Of a stretch of DNA of 64,000 nucleotides, positions 19,076-28,800 are shown piece by piece (within the stretch, counting starts at the first letter, position 1; every line of letters begins with the position of its first letter). Position numbers and translations under genes: made by a program. This stretch comes from Bdellovibrio sp. Lineage in GTDB: Bacteria; Bdellovibrionota; Bdellovibrionia; Bdellovibrionales; Bdellovibrionaceae. The notes beneath the pieces are model-generated. The model was not told the DNA's origin. It saw only the letters and a program-made list of their open reading frames with translations, and ran no database searches. The stretch lies in contig JAKFBS010000002.1 in assembly GCA_036677065.1 (NCBI GenBank), forward strand, positions 64,001 through 128,000, read 5' to 3'.

Positions 19076-20418
19076 ATTTCCAAGTATCAAAAATGAATAC
19101 GTTTTCTTTGTTAGTCGCTCTTTGTATGTTGGGCGTGTTGTTTAGTGGATTTTTTCAAATTTTACAGATGCAAGTATTTGATACCGTCTTTGTAACATCA
19201 AAATTTATCAAGGTTATAGCGCTCATTGCTTTGGTTATGCCTTGCGCTTATATTTTTTACAGATTGCTGCGTTCGCAGATAAGCATGAAACTGCATTATT
19301 CGAAATTCTATTTGGCTCTTATAATTTTTGCGTTTGTTAGGCTGTTTATAAAATACGATACAGCCCCATCAATTGCTTTAGCGGCCTGGGCCTATTCTTT
19401 TTCGTTATGCCCGTTAATACTTCTTTATCTAGAGTTCTATGACAATGGTTTCTCAATAACAAAATCAGTTTTTAAATATTTCCTTTTTCTATTTTTACTT
19501 TTTTTTGCTGTAAACGCTGTAATAGCGCATTACGAATACCTTAATAATGCATACTTTTTTGATTTTCACGTTTTGAGTACATTGAGACAGCTAGATCTTC
19601 TTAAGATAGATAATATTGGTGTCGTTATTCGGCACAGTGTTTTCTTTAAGTCGCCCGTTGAGATGGGAATCACGTCTGTTGTCGTAGCAGTAGGCTCGCT
19701 GATTTTGGCCCTAAAACTACCTGGAAGAAAAAGTGTTATTTTTTCTGTTATTTGGATGGTGTGTTGTTTTTTAGCTTTAACTACAGCTGTTCGAACTGTG
19801 CTGCTAATGTTGCTTTGCAGTTCTGTTTATATATTAATTAAAATGCGTGCGCAGAAATCGAAGAAAGCATTGCTTATTTTAGCGCCTTCAATTTACTCAT
19901 TAGTAATGTCATATTTTTCGAACCTTCAGTATAAAGAATATTGGCTGACTATTCTTAATCCCACAAATTTGTTTAATAGATTAGTTCTTTGGGCAAAATA
20001 TTTAGGATTAAATACTGATTACGGCAACTTTCTTTTAGCAAATAGTACGGTAGATTCTGAATCTTTAAGGAAGGTGAGTTCGTTAAGTAATTTCTCGGTT
20101 ATGGAATTTATTTTTGGAAAGGGTAATGTGCAAAATGGTAACATCGATGCGGCGCGAGCTGTGGCATTTGATAATACGTATATGGCGACATTGTCTCTTG
20201 CAGGTTTTATAGGTCTATTTTTTCTGCTCATGTTTATGGTGAGTTTTTTTTGCAGTAAGGGAAGAGGTAGTTCTGAGTTAAGGCAGGCGGTTATTATAGG
20301 CTTAGCGGCTTCATTTTTTACAGAAAATTTACTTAATTTGCTGTATTTACCGTTTCTTTTGGTCATCGTCTATGAGTCTGCGCTTGATTATATTCAAGGT
20401 AGCACAGCACGGGGATGA
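19072..20418 (+). CDS. Polytopic membrane protein, putative Wzy polymerase/ligase-like
   Basis: ATGA coupling to the upstream gene; many TMs; FGKG...DNTY loop resembles Wzy_C. Confidence 0.55.
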   Translation: MNFQVSKMNTFSLLVALCMLGVLFSGFFQILQMQVFDTVFVTSKFIKVIALIALVMPCAYIFYRLLRSQISMKLHYSKFYLALIIFAFVRLFIKYDTAPSIALAAWAYSFSLCPLILLYLEFYDNGFSITKSVFKYFLFLFLLFFAVNAVIAHYEYLNNAYFFDFHVLSTLRQLDLLKIDNIGVVIRHSVFFKSPVEMGITSVVVAVGSLILALKLPGRKSVIFSVIWMVCCFLALTTAVRTVLLMLLCSSVYILIKMRAQKSKKALLILAPSIYSLVMSYFSNLQYKEYWLTILNPTNLFNRLVLWAKYLGLNTDYGNFLLANSTVDSESLRKVSSLSNFSVMEFIFGKGNVQNGNIDAARAVAFDNTYMATLSLAGFIGLFFLLMFMVSFFCSKGRGSSELRQAVIIGLAASFFTENLLNLLYLPFLLVIVYESALDYIQGSTARG

Positions 20419-20482
20419 AAATGTCGATTTGCGACAATCGGTATGTCTTGCCGATCTTCAAAACTAAAGGCATTTTTAGTAT

Positions 20483-21388
20483 ATGGCAAATAAACACAAA
20501 ATCCGTAAAGTCATAATACCTGCTGCAGGCTTGGGCACTCGCTTTTTTCCAGCTACAAAAACCGTTCCTAAAGAAATGCTTCCTATCGTGGATCGTCCAG
20601 CTATTTTGTATGTGATCGAAGAAGCCGTGCAGGCCGGTATTACTGATATTATTTTAATTCAAGGGCGCGGAAAGACGGCGATCGAAGATTTTTTCGACGT
20701 GAGCTATGAGCTTGAAGATAAGCTAGTTCGTGATGGCAAAGAAGATGTTTTAAAGCAAATTCAATATATTCGTAATAACACTAACATTATCTCAGTTCGT
20801 CAAAAAGCAGCGTTGGGCCTAGGGCATGCTGTTCGTTGCGCTGAAAGCATTATTGGCGATGAACCCTTCGCTGTTTTGCTTGGCGATGAGATCACAATTT
20901 CAAAAGAACAAAAAAACAATGTTACCCATCACTTAATTAAAAACTGTGAAGAAAGGCAAAACAGCGGTGTATGGGTTTTGCCAGTTGAACCAAATGAAAC
21001 ACATAAATACGGAATCGTTGATTTAACTTCGCAGCATAAGAATTCAAGTTATAATGATTTAATAGCAGGACTTAAAGTGAGAGGTGTAGTTGAAAAACCT
21101 AAACCAGAAGTCGCTCCGTCGCGCTGGGCGTTGCCAGGGCGTTATGTATTTCAAGCTGAAATTATGAAATACTTAAATGATATTAAACCTGGTTATAATG
21201 GCGAATTACAGCTTTCAGATGCAATGAATTTGATGGCGCAAAAATCTGATTTAATGGCTTATAGCTTTGAAGCTCGTCGTTTTGATACAGGAGATAAACT
21301 AGGTTTTCTACAAGCGAATATCGAGCTTGCATTAGATCGTCCAGAGTTAAGAGACGATCTTTTAAAATTCATCAAAGGAAAAGTATAA
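20483..21388 (+). CDS. galU: UTP-glucose-1-phosphate uridylyltransferase
   Basis: PAAGLGTRFFPATKTVPKEMLP, RQ..LGLGHAV, VEKP, GELQL. Confidence 0.96.
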   Translation: MANKHKIRKVIIPAAGLGTRFFPATKTVPKEMLPIVDRPAILYVIEEAVQAGITDIILIQGRGKTAIEDFFDVSYELEDKLVRDGKEDVLKQIQYIRNNTNIISVRQKAALGLGHAVRCAESIIGDEPFAVLLGDEITISKEQKNNVTHHLIKNCEERQNSGVWVLPVEPNETHKYGIVDLTSQHKNSSYNDLIAGLKVRGVVEKPKPEVAPSRWALPGRYVFQAEIMKYLNDIKPGYNGELQLSDAMNLMAQKSDLMAYSFEARRFDTGDKLGFLQANIELALDRPELRDDLLKFIKGKV

Positions 21389-21389
21389 A

Positions 21390-22001
21390 ATGACTTCACT
21401 TAAAGAGTTATTCAAAAAAGAAGCCACAGAGGCTTTGCAAAATATCCAAGCGATTTTAGATAATCCGAAAATGCTTCAAAGTTTTGAAGAATCAGCGAGC
21501 ATGATCGCCCAAAGCTTAAAAGCAGGCGGTACGCTATATGTAGCGGGTAATGGTGGTTCAGCCGCAGATGCTCAACACATGGTCGCGGAGTTAGTGGTGA
21601 AGTTAAATAAAAATCGTGATCCGCTCCGTGCAGTTGCTTTAACTGTGGATACATCAATTATCACGGCGGCGGGAAATGATTTTAGTTACGATGATATTTT
21701 CAGTCGCCAAGTTGAAGCCTTAGCTAGGCCAAATGATGTGTTCTTGGGAATTACAACCTCAGGTAATTCTAAAAATATTTTGAATTGTTTTAATATTTGT
21801 AAAAAGATTGGTGCGAAGTCGATTTGTTTAACTGGTAAAGACGGTGGTAAAGCCGTTAAAGAAAATATGGCTGATCTGAATGTAGTGATGAATGGTCCTA
21901 ATACTGCCCGTATTCAAGAAGGTCATGCTATTTGGTACCATACGATGTGCTACGCTCTTGAATTGATGTTGGTCGAATCAGGCACGATTAGTTATCGCTA
22001 G
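21390..22001 (+). CDS. gmhA: Sedoheptulose-7-phosphate isomerase (SIS domain)
   Basis: GNGGSAADAQH, AGND, FSRQVEAL, TSGNS, RIQEGH. Confidence 0.92.
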   Translation: MTSLKELFKKEATEALQNIQAILDNPKMLQSFEESASMIAQSLKAGGTLYVAGNGGSAADAQHMVAELVVKLNKNRDPLRAVALTVDTSIITAAGNDFSYDDIFSRQVEALARPNDVFLGITTSGNSKNILNCFNICKKIGAKSICLTGKDGGKAVKENMADLNVVMNGPNTARIQEGHAIWYHTMCYALELMLVESGTISYR

Positions 22002-22006
22002 TAGCG

Positions 22007-23158
22007 CTAATGTAAATTCAGCAGGATGTCTTTAAACAACAAGTCTTGAATCCGTTCACAGGCACGGCCATCGCCAAACGGATTTTTTGCTTGGGCCATT
22101 TTCGCGTAAACATTTTGGTCGTCTAAAAGCTCAACCACAGTTGCTATAAATAATTCTTTCTGTAAAGGCACTAGTTTTGAAGTGCCAGCTGCGATCGCTT
22201 CTGGGCGCTCGGTGTTTTCACGAGCGATTAATACCGGTTTTCCGAGCGAGGGAGCCTCTTCCTGGATGCCGCCAGAATCCGTAATAATAAAGTGCGCCCG
22301 ATTCATTAAATAAACAAACGGAATATAATCAACAGGCTCCACTAGGTGAATGCTTGCCGGGCGGTCAGAGAAAATTTCTGCAGCTAATTTTCGAACTTCG
22401 GGGTTTAAATGCAACGGTATAACAAACTGAATATCACTGCGCTTAGCGAGTTCGAGGATGCCTTGCATGACTATTTTTATATTCTTTTCGAAAGATTCTC
22501 TACGATGAAGAGTTACGAGAATTAATTTTTTTGACATGTCTAAATAAGCAAATTGTGTTTGAAAGCTTTGCTTAAGTTCTATTGAATTTTCAATACGATT
22601 TTTAACTTCAAATAAAGCATCAATGCCTGTGTTGCCAGTCACAAAAATTTTACTGTCGTCGGTGTGCTCATGTAAAAGATTTTGTTTGGCTTCAATCGTC
22701 GGCGCTAGGTGCATATGTGTTATTAAGGACAGGGTTTTGCGATTAAATTCTTCTGGAAATGGCGACTGAATATCATGCGAGCGAAGGCCTGCTTCTAGGT
22801 GAATAATTTTAATTTTATTATAAAAAGCCACCAGGCCGCCAATGCAGCTGCTAGTCGTGTCGCCCTGAACGATGATGCTGTCTATCGGTTTATCGATTTG
22901 GTTTTGGAGATCGATGATATCCTGAATGCCAGTCATTACTCGCGTTGATAATGATGACAAGCTTTGGCCAGGTTTCATTAAGTCTAAATCAAAATCAGGT
23001 GTGATCTTGAAAAAACTTAATAGTGGCTTAAGCATTTCGCGATGTTGTCCAGTAGAACAGACTAAAATGTTGTGTTGTGATTGTTTGAGTTTTAAAATGA
23101 GAGGAGCAACTTTAATGGCTTCTGGGCGTGTGCCAAAAATAAATAAAAGTGTTTTCAT
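22007..23158 (-). CDS. wecB: UDP-N-acetylglucosamine 2-epimerase (non-hydrolysing)
   Basis: GTRPEAIK, GQH, QGDT, HLEAGLRS, PEEFNR, TDSGGIQEEAP, NPFGDG; start moved to MKTLL. Confidence 0.95.
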   Translation of the reverse strand: MKTLLFIFGTRPEAIKVAPLILKLKQSQHNILVCSTGQHREMLKPLLSFFKITPDFDLDLMKPGQSLSSLSTRVMTGIQDIIDLQNQIDKPIDSIIVQGDTTSSCIGGLVAFYNKIKIIHLEAGLRSHDIQSPFPEEFNRKTLSLITHMHLAPTIEAKQNLLHEHTDDSKIFVTGNTGIDALFEVKNRIENSIELKQSFQTQFAYLDMSKKLILVTLHRRESFEKNIKIVMQGILELAKRSDIQFVIPLHLNPEVRKLAAEIFSDRPASIHLVEPVDYIPFVYLMNRAHFIITDSGGIQEEAPSLGKPVLIARENTERPEAIAAGTSKLVPLQKELFIATVVELLDDQNVYAKMAQAKNPFGDGRACERIQDLLFKDILLNLH

Positions 23159-23282
23159 AAGAATAAACACTAAGTGAGCGAAATAGTGTTTATCAAAAAT
23201 TAAATCTTAAAAGGGAAATTTGCTTTTCCTTGTGGCGAGTTGACTCGTGAAATGTACCGTTACGCTACAAGCTTCGATCTTG

Positions 23283-24509
23283 TTAGCCCTTTAACATTTT
23301 CAGAGTAATTTCTTTACCAAGAGTTACGCCGGGTTGATCAAAGGCATTGATATTTTCATGTTCGCCAAGTGTCGCAACAACAAGTTGAAAAAACATAAAT
23401 AAATAACCTAATGATTTGGCTTTGTTCGAATCATCGACAGTGAAAAATTCGCACGATACGCCATTTTGTTTTAGTGCCTCGTACGTGGCTTTTGACTGGC
23501 AAGCTATGAGTTCGCCATAATTGCGGCCTTGCATAAATTTAATTTCGTCAAAAAGAACCGTGGGTACGGTTTCGCCAGAATTTTCAACAGAGTTGAAATT
23601 AAAAAAGCAGACAAATTTATTTTTTGGTCCGTGAGCTACTTGTTGTAAAATCGAATGTTGATCACATGAACCAATGGCGATCATTGGTGTACTAAAACCA
23701 GGTGCTGGTTTTCCGTTACGATCAGTTTTTTTACCAAGAGATTCAGCCCAAAGCTGTTGTAACCAACTTCCAAACCAACGAAAACTTGAATTATAAAACC
23801 AAAATAAAGTGATATTTTCATCACGTTTAAATGAGTTTAAAAATGAATCACAAATAGAAGCGATTTTTATTTTCTCTTCTAAAGCAGCGGCTGCGCCGGC
23901 TTGCATCTCTTTCGAATCTAAGCCGCAAATCTCGGCGATAACCAGGCCAACTGGCGAAAGCACTGAAAAGCGACCACCAATATTAATAGGCACTTCAAGC
24001 AAGGGGCGATTGTGCGTGCGGGCAAAGTTGGCTAAGGGGTTCGGGGTTAATTCGCTGATAAAGTAACTTTGCTGAATGATGTCACATTTAAGTGCTTTTG
24101 CTAGATTTTCTAGCTGTGAATAGTTCCATAGAATTTCAATTGTAGAGCCCGATTTTGAAATACAGATAAATGCAGTTTTTGATAAATGTGGCTTAACGCT
24201 GTTCCAAATGGTCGTAAATTCTGCAGAGTCGACATTATCTAAAAAATGCACATTGGTTTTGCCGCTGAGCTCAGTGATGCAGCGTGCGCCCATAGAGCTT
24301 CCGCCGATGCCGATAAGAACAAAGTGCGTGTATTTAGCAACTAGTTCGGCGCCTAAGGCCTTAGAGCTGTTATGATAATCATCAGATTTTGCTAAACGAG
24401 TAAACGCTAAATTTGGCCAAATTTGGTCAATTTTGTCAGTGATAGAACGGTTAACAATTTCTGAATTAGAAGTCGAATTATCATTAAATTTTAAAATGCT
24501 GGAAATCAT
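23283..24509 (-). CDS. pgi: Glucose-6-phosphate isomerase
   Basis: GIGGS, SKSGST, GGRFSV, QLWAESLGK, DQHS, FDQPGV. Confidence 0.92.
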   Translation of the reverse strand: MISSILKFNDNSTSNSEIVNRSITDKIDQIWPNLAFTRLAKSDDYHNSSKALGAELVAKYTHFVLIGIGGSSMGARCITELSGKTNVHFLDNVDSAEFTTIWNSVKPHLSKTAFICISKSGSTIEILWNYSQLENLAKALKCDIIQQSYFISELTPNPLANFARTHNRPLLEVPINIGGRFSVLSPVGLVIAEICGLDSKEMQAGAAAALEEKIKIASICDSFLNSFKRDENITLFWFYNSSFRWFGSWLQQLWAESLGKKTDRNGKPAPGFSTPMIAIGSCDQHSILQQVAHGPKNKFVCFFNFNSVENSGETVPTVLFDEIKFMQGRNYGELIACQSKATYEALKQNGVSCEFFTVDDSNKAKSLGYLFMFFQLVVATLGEHENINAFDQPGVTLGKEITLKMLKG

Positions 24510-24517
24510 ATGCCATC

Positions 24518-24546
24518 AGACTAGCAACTTAAAAAAAATGACGCAA
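24518..24546 (-). promoter_or_regulatory. Candidate sigma-70 promoter for pgi (leaderless geometry)
   Basis: Minus strand TTGCGT-N17-TAGTCT, 8 nt before the ATG. Confidence 0.5.
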
Positions 24547-24613
24547 GTAAGATAATAAGTTGATAAAAATGTAAATTAATTTATTATTTTGTATTCGATA
24601 GAATGAGGTTGTT

Positions 24614-25714
24614 GTGAATAAATCAAATGCCAAAAAAGTTGCATTAATCACTGGAGTTACTGGGCAGGATGGTGCTTACCTTTCTGAGTTGTTGTTGTCT
24701 AAAAATTATGAAGTTCATGGTATCAAAAGAAGAACGTCTTTGTTTAATACAGACCGCATTGACCATCTTTTTGAGAAATCGAACACGGCAGGAATGCCAT
24801 TTCATCTTCATCACGGCGACATGACTGATTCGTCATCGCTATTGCGCATTATTCAATTGGTACAGCCGGATGAAATTTACAATTTAGCAGCGCAAAGTCA
24901 CGTGGCCGTATCTTTTGAAGAGCCAGAATACACAGCAAATTCTGATGCTTTAGGTGCACTTCGTATTTTAGAAGCTATTCGTATTTTAGGTTTAACTAAA
25001 AAAACAAAATTTTACCAAGCTTCAACTTCTGAGTTATATGGTTTGGTGCAAGAAATTCCTCAAAAAGAAACTACACCTTTTTATCCACGTTCTCCGTATG
25101 CAGTTGCGAAAATGTATGCTTACTGGATTACGATCAATTACCGTGAAGCTTACGGAATTTACGGCTGTAACGGGATTTTATTCAATCATGAAAGCCCACT
25201 GCGTGGTGAAACTTTCGTGACTCGTAAAATCACGCGTGCATTAGCGCGCATTAAATTAGGTACCCAAGAGATTTTAACTTTAGGTAACATGGATTCATTA
25301 CGCGATTGGGGTCATGCCAAAGATTACGTTGAAATGATGTGGCTAATGTTACAACAAGAGACTCCTGAAGATTTCGTGATCGCAACAGGTCAGCAACAAA
25401 GTGTGCGTGAGTTCGTGAATTTAGCGGCCCTTGAGTTAGGAATCAAAATCAGATGGGAAGGCACTGGTGTTGACGAAAAAGGCTACGATGTAGCTACTGG
25501 TCGTTGCATTGTTGCTGTTGATAGTAAGTACTTTCGCCCAACAGAAGTTGAAACTTTATTAGGTGATGCAACTAAAGCACGTACAAAATTAAAATGGACG
25601 CCTAAAATCACTTTTGCTGAGCTAGTTAAAGAAATGGTTAAGTCTGACATGATCGTTGCTGAAAACGAAGTGAAGCACGGAACTCTTAAAAAAATCATGA
25701 GAGTTGAGCTGTAA
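24614..25714 (+). CDS. gmd: GDP-mannose 4,6-dehydratase
   Basis: GVTGQDG, LAAQSHV, QASTSE, SPYAVAK, NHESP, RDWGHA, FRPTEV; GTG start. Confidence 0.97.
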   Translation: MNKSNAKKVALITGVTGQDGAYLSELLLSKNYEVHGIKRRTSLFNTDRIDHLFEKSNTAGMPFHLHHGDMTDSSSLLRIIQLVQPDEIYNLAAQSHVAVSFEEPEYTANSDALGALRILEAIRILGLTKKTKFYQASTSELYGLVQEIPQKETTPFYPRSPYAVAKMYAYWITINYREAYGIYGCNGILFNHESPLRGETFVTRKITRALARIKLGTQEILTLGNMDSLRDWGHAKDYVEMMWLMLQQETPEDFVIATGQQQSVREFVNLAALELGIKIRWEGTGVDEKGYDVATGRCIVAVDSKYFRPTEVETLLGDATKARTKLKWTPKITFAELVKEMVKSDMIVAENEVKHGTLKKIMRVEL

Positions 25715-25717
25715 GAT

Positions 25718-26641
25718 ATGAAAATATTGATCACCGGATCTGGTGGTATGGTTGGTCAAAATTTAGCGCTTCACAGCGGATTAAGATCACATGAGCTTCT
25801 TACACCAAAACGTGGCGAGCTAGATCTAAAAAATTATGCTGATGTTGTTCATTATTTAAAAAAAAATCAGCCAGAAATGATTATTCATACGGCGGGTCGT
25901 GTTGGTGGTATTCAAGCCAATGTGGCCCATCCGGTAGATTTTTTAATTGAAAACATTGATATCAATCGCAATGTTATTTTAGCCGCACAAAAAGCTGATG
26001 TAAAAAAATTGATTAATTTAGGCAGCTCTTGCATGTACCCAAGAAATGCTCACAATCCATTAACAGAAGATCTTATTTTAAAAGGCGAGCTAGAACCTAC
26101 TAATGAAGGTTATGCTTTAGCAAAGATCTTTTCGCAAAGGTTGTGTCAGTACATTCAAAAAGAGCATCCAGAATTTAAATATAAAACTTTAGTGCCATGT
26201 AACTTATACGGCGAATACGATAAATTTAGTCCTGAACATTCGCATTTAATTCCGGCAGTGATTCGTAAACTTCATCTTGCAAAAGAAAATTCAACTTCTG
26301 AAGTTGATATTTGGGGTGACGGCACCGCACGCCGCGAATTTATGTATGTGGGAGACCTTGCAGATTGTATTTGGCAAGCGGTGAACAAATTTGATTCGAT
26401 GCCAGATTTAATGAATGTGGGTCTTGGATTTGATTATTCAGTGAATGAGTATTACGAAGCCGCAAGTAAAGTTATTGGCTATCAAGGAAAATTTGTTCAC
26501 GATTTAACTAAACCTGTTGGTATGAAGCAAAAATTGGTTTGCACCGCGCGCGCAGCTGAATGGGGCTGGAAAGCCAGTCATTCGTTACAGCAGGGTTTAG
26601 AAAAAACTTATAAACATTTTTTAACTTTAACGAATAAATAA
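25718..26641 (+). CDS. colC: GDP-L-colitose synthase / GDP-L-fucose synthase family (ColC/Fcl)
   Basis: GSGGMVG, VGGI, SSCMYP, LEPTNEGYALAK, NLYG, WGDG..RREF; lies between gmd and colD. Confidence 0.75.
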   Translation: MKILITGSGGMVGQNLALHSGLRSHELLTPKRGELDLKNYADVVHYLKKNQPEMIIHTAGRVGGIQANVAHPVDFLIENIDINRNVILAAQKADVKKLINLGSSCMYPRNAHNPLTEDLILKGELEPTNEGYALAKIFSQRLCQYIQKEHPEFKYKTLVPCNLYGEYDKFSPEHSHLIPAVIRKLHLAKENSTSEVDIWGDGTARREFMYVGDLADCIWQAVNKFDSMPDLMNVGLGFDYSVNEYYEAASKVIGYQGKFVHDLTKPVGMKQKLVCTARAAEWGWKASHSLQQGLEKTYKHFLTLTNK

Positions 26642-26653
26642 TAAAGGATTGTT

Positions 26654-27814
26654 ATGAATTTTTATCCTCTAGCATCTACAACTTGGGATCAGGCTGAACT
26701 TGATGCCATTCAAAGCGTAATTTCTAAAGGTATGTACAGCATGAGCACATCTGTAGCTCAATGTGAAAAAGATTTCGCAGCCTACGCTAAATCAAAATAT
26801 TGCGTCATGGTAAGCTCTGGTTCAACAGCCAATCTAATTATGGTGGCCTCTTTATTTTACCGTAAAAATAATCCATTAAAACGCGGTGATGAAGTTATCG
26901 TGCCAGCAGTGTCTTGGAGCACGACATATTATCCATTATATCAGTACGGCTTAAAATTAAAATTCGTAGACATCGATCTAGAGACTTTAAACTTTGATCT
27001 TAAGGCCTTAGAAGGCGCGATCACTGATAAAACTCGTTTGATCATGGCGGTTAATCTTTTAGGAAATCCAAATGATTTCGCTCAGATCGAAAAATTAACT
27101 CAAGGTAAAAACATAGAATTAATCGAAGACAACTGCGAATCAATGGGCGCAACGTTCAATGGTAAGCAGGCGGGTACTTTCGGTTCGATGGGAACATTCA
27201 GTTGTTTCTTTAGTCACCATATCTCGACGATGGAAGGTGGCTTTGTGGTTACTGACGATGAAGAGCTTTACCATATTTTATTATGCTTGCGTGCGCATGG
27301 CTGGACTCGCAACTTACCTAAAGAAAATCATGTTACCGGCACAAAGAGTGATAATGCATTTGTTGAATCATTTAAGTTTGTCTTGCCTGGGTACAATGTT
27401 CGCCCATTAGAGATGAGCGGCGCCATCGGTAGCCAGCAAATTAAAAAATTGCCTAATTTTATTAATATTCGTCGCGATAATGCCAAGTATTTTCAAGAGC
27501 AGTTTGCTAATCACCCAGACTTTATTATTCAAAAAGAAGTCGGCGAAAGTAGCTGGTTTGGTTTTAGTTTTGTTATTCGTCCAGGCTCAAAAATTAACCG
27601 TCTTGAATTTATCGATCATTTAACTAAAAATGGTGTTGAGTGTCGTCCAATCGTGACTGGCAACTTTGCTAAAAATGATGTCTTAAAATGGTTTGATTAT
27701 GAAATTCATGGCGAGTTAAAAAATGCTGATCGTATTGATGAGCATGGGTTCTTCGTTGGAAATCATCAAAATCCAATGCGCGAGCAAATTAAACAGCTTA
27801 GAAACTTGTTTTAA
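26654..27814 (+). CDS. colD: GDP-4-keto-6-deoxy-D-mannose 3-dehydratase (PLP-dependent)
   Basis: YPLASTTW, SSGSTAN, VSWSTTYYP, EDNCES, FFSHH (His in place of the Schiff-base Lys), AHGWTR, PGYNVRP. Confidence 0.92.
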   Translation: MNFYPLASTTWDQAELDAIQSVISKGMYSMSTSVAQCEKDFAAYAKSKYCVMVSSGSTANLIMVASLFYRKNNPLKRGDEVIVPAVSWSTTYYPLYQYGLKLKFVDIDLETLNFDLKALEGAITDKTRLIMAVNLLGNPNDFAQIEKLTQGKNIELIEDNCESMGATFNGKQAGTFGSMGTFSCFFSHHISTMEGGFVVTDDEELYHILLCLRAHGWTRNLPKENHVTGTKSDNAFVESFKFVLPGYNVRPLEMSGAIGSQQIKKLPNFINIRRDNAKYFQEQFANHPDFIIQKEVGESSWFGFSFVIRPGSKINRLEFIDHLTKNGVECRPIVTGNFAKNDVLKWFDYEIHGELKNADRIDEHGFFVGNHQNPMREQIKQLRNLF

Positions 27815-28800
27815 TGAAAATACTTTTTGTCGATCTTAAGTATGACTATGGTAACCCTAAACGTGGGATGAACCTTATTGGTGAGATTGGCTATCATCAA
27901 GTTTTTAAATCTTTAGGTCATGAAGTAGTGCCTTTTTACTACGACGAGTACTTAGGTCAGGCGCATTTGAAAGCGAACCTACAAACAGATTTATTAGCAT
28001 TTGCTGAAGAGCAAAAGCCAGATCTTGTGTATTTTATTTTATTTCAAGATCAGTTTGAATTTTCGACTTTAAAAAAACTTAAAGAAAAATACACCACAAT
28101 GAATTGGTTCGGTGATGACCAATGGCGCTTCGAAATTTTTACTAAAAAATATGCTCCGTATTTTACTTTAAATATCACGACTGATTATTTTGCACTTCCT
28201 AAATACAAAGCTTTGGGGTTGCCCGTAGTCTATAGTCAATGGGCGGCATTTAACTATCCTGTCGAGTACTCAGATCTTGTCGATTATAAATATGATGTCA
28301 GCTTTATTGGGGCCAACAATTCTGTGCGCACCTGGATGATTGCTGAATTTAAAAAAGCCGGAATCAATGTAAATTGTTTTGGCTTTAATTGGCCACAAGG
28401 TTCAGTAAGTCTTGATCAGATGGTTGAAATTTTTAAAACCAGTAAAGTGAATCTGAATTTATCTAATAGCATGACCTATGATTTACGCTATTTAACTCAT
28501 AGCTGGAAAAACCCACTGATCGCTCTTCGCAGTCCAAAAACTGCAAGTCAAATGAAAGCTCGTAATTTTGAAATTCCTTATTATGGTGGATTTCAACTGA
28601 CTGACTACGTGCCAACGTTAGAACATTATTTTCATATTGGTGAAGAAGCTATTTGTTATTCGACTTTAAAAGAAGCGATTGATTTAACAAAGTTTTACCT
28701 GCAAAACGACGACTTGCGCGAGGCCGTTCGTAAGAAAAGCCATCTTCGTGCCGTCAATGAGCATACATATCGGCATAGACATGAAAAAATTCTTAAGTAA
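27814..28800 (+). CDS. CgeB-like glycosyltransferase
   Basis: NWFGDD, YDVSFIG, SKVNLN, KARNFE, EHTY. Confidence 0.8.
   Translation: MKILFVDLKYDYGNPKRGMNLIGEIGYHQVFKSLGHEVVPFYYDEYLGQAHLKANLQTDLLAFAEEQKPDLVYFILFQDQFEFSTLKKLKEKYTTMNWFGDDQWRFEIFTKKYAPYFTLNITTDYFALPKYKALGLPVVYSQWAAFNYPVEYSDLVDYKYDVSFIGANNSVRTWMIAEFKKAGINVNCFGFNWPQGSVSLDQMVEIFKTSKVNLNLSNSMTYDLRYLTHSWKNPLIALRSPKTASQMKARNFEIPYYGGFQLTDYVPTLEHYFHIGEEAICYSTLKEAIDLTKFYLQNDDLREAVRKKSHLRAVNEHTYRHRHEKILK

Noticed and set aside
23211..23248. Intrinsic terminator after pgi (AAGGGAAA/TTTTCCTT and CGAGT/ACTCG stems)
   Set aside because: The stems are short or weak on the transcribed strand; not enough support to call
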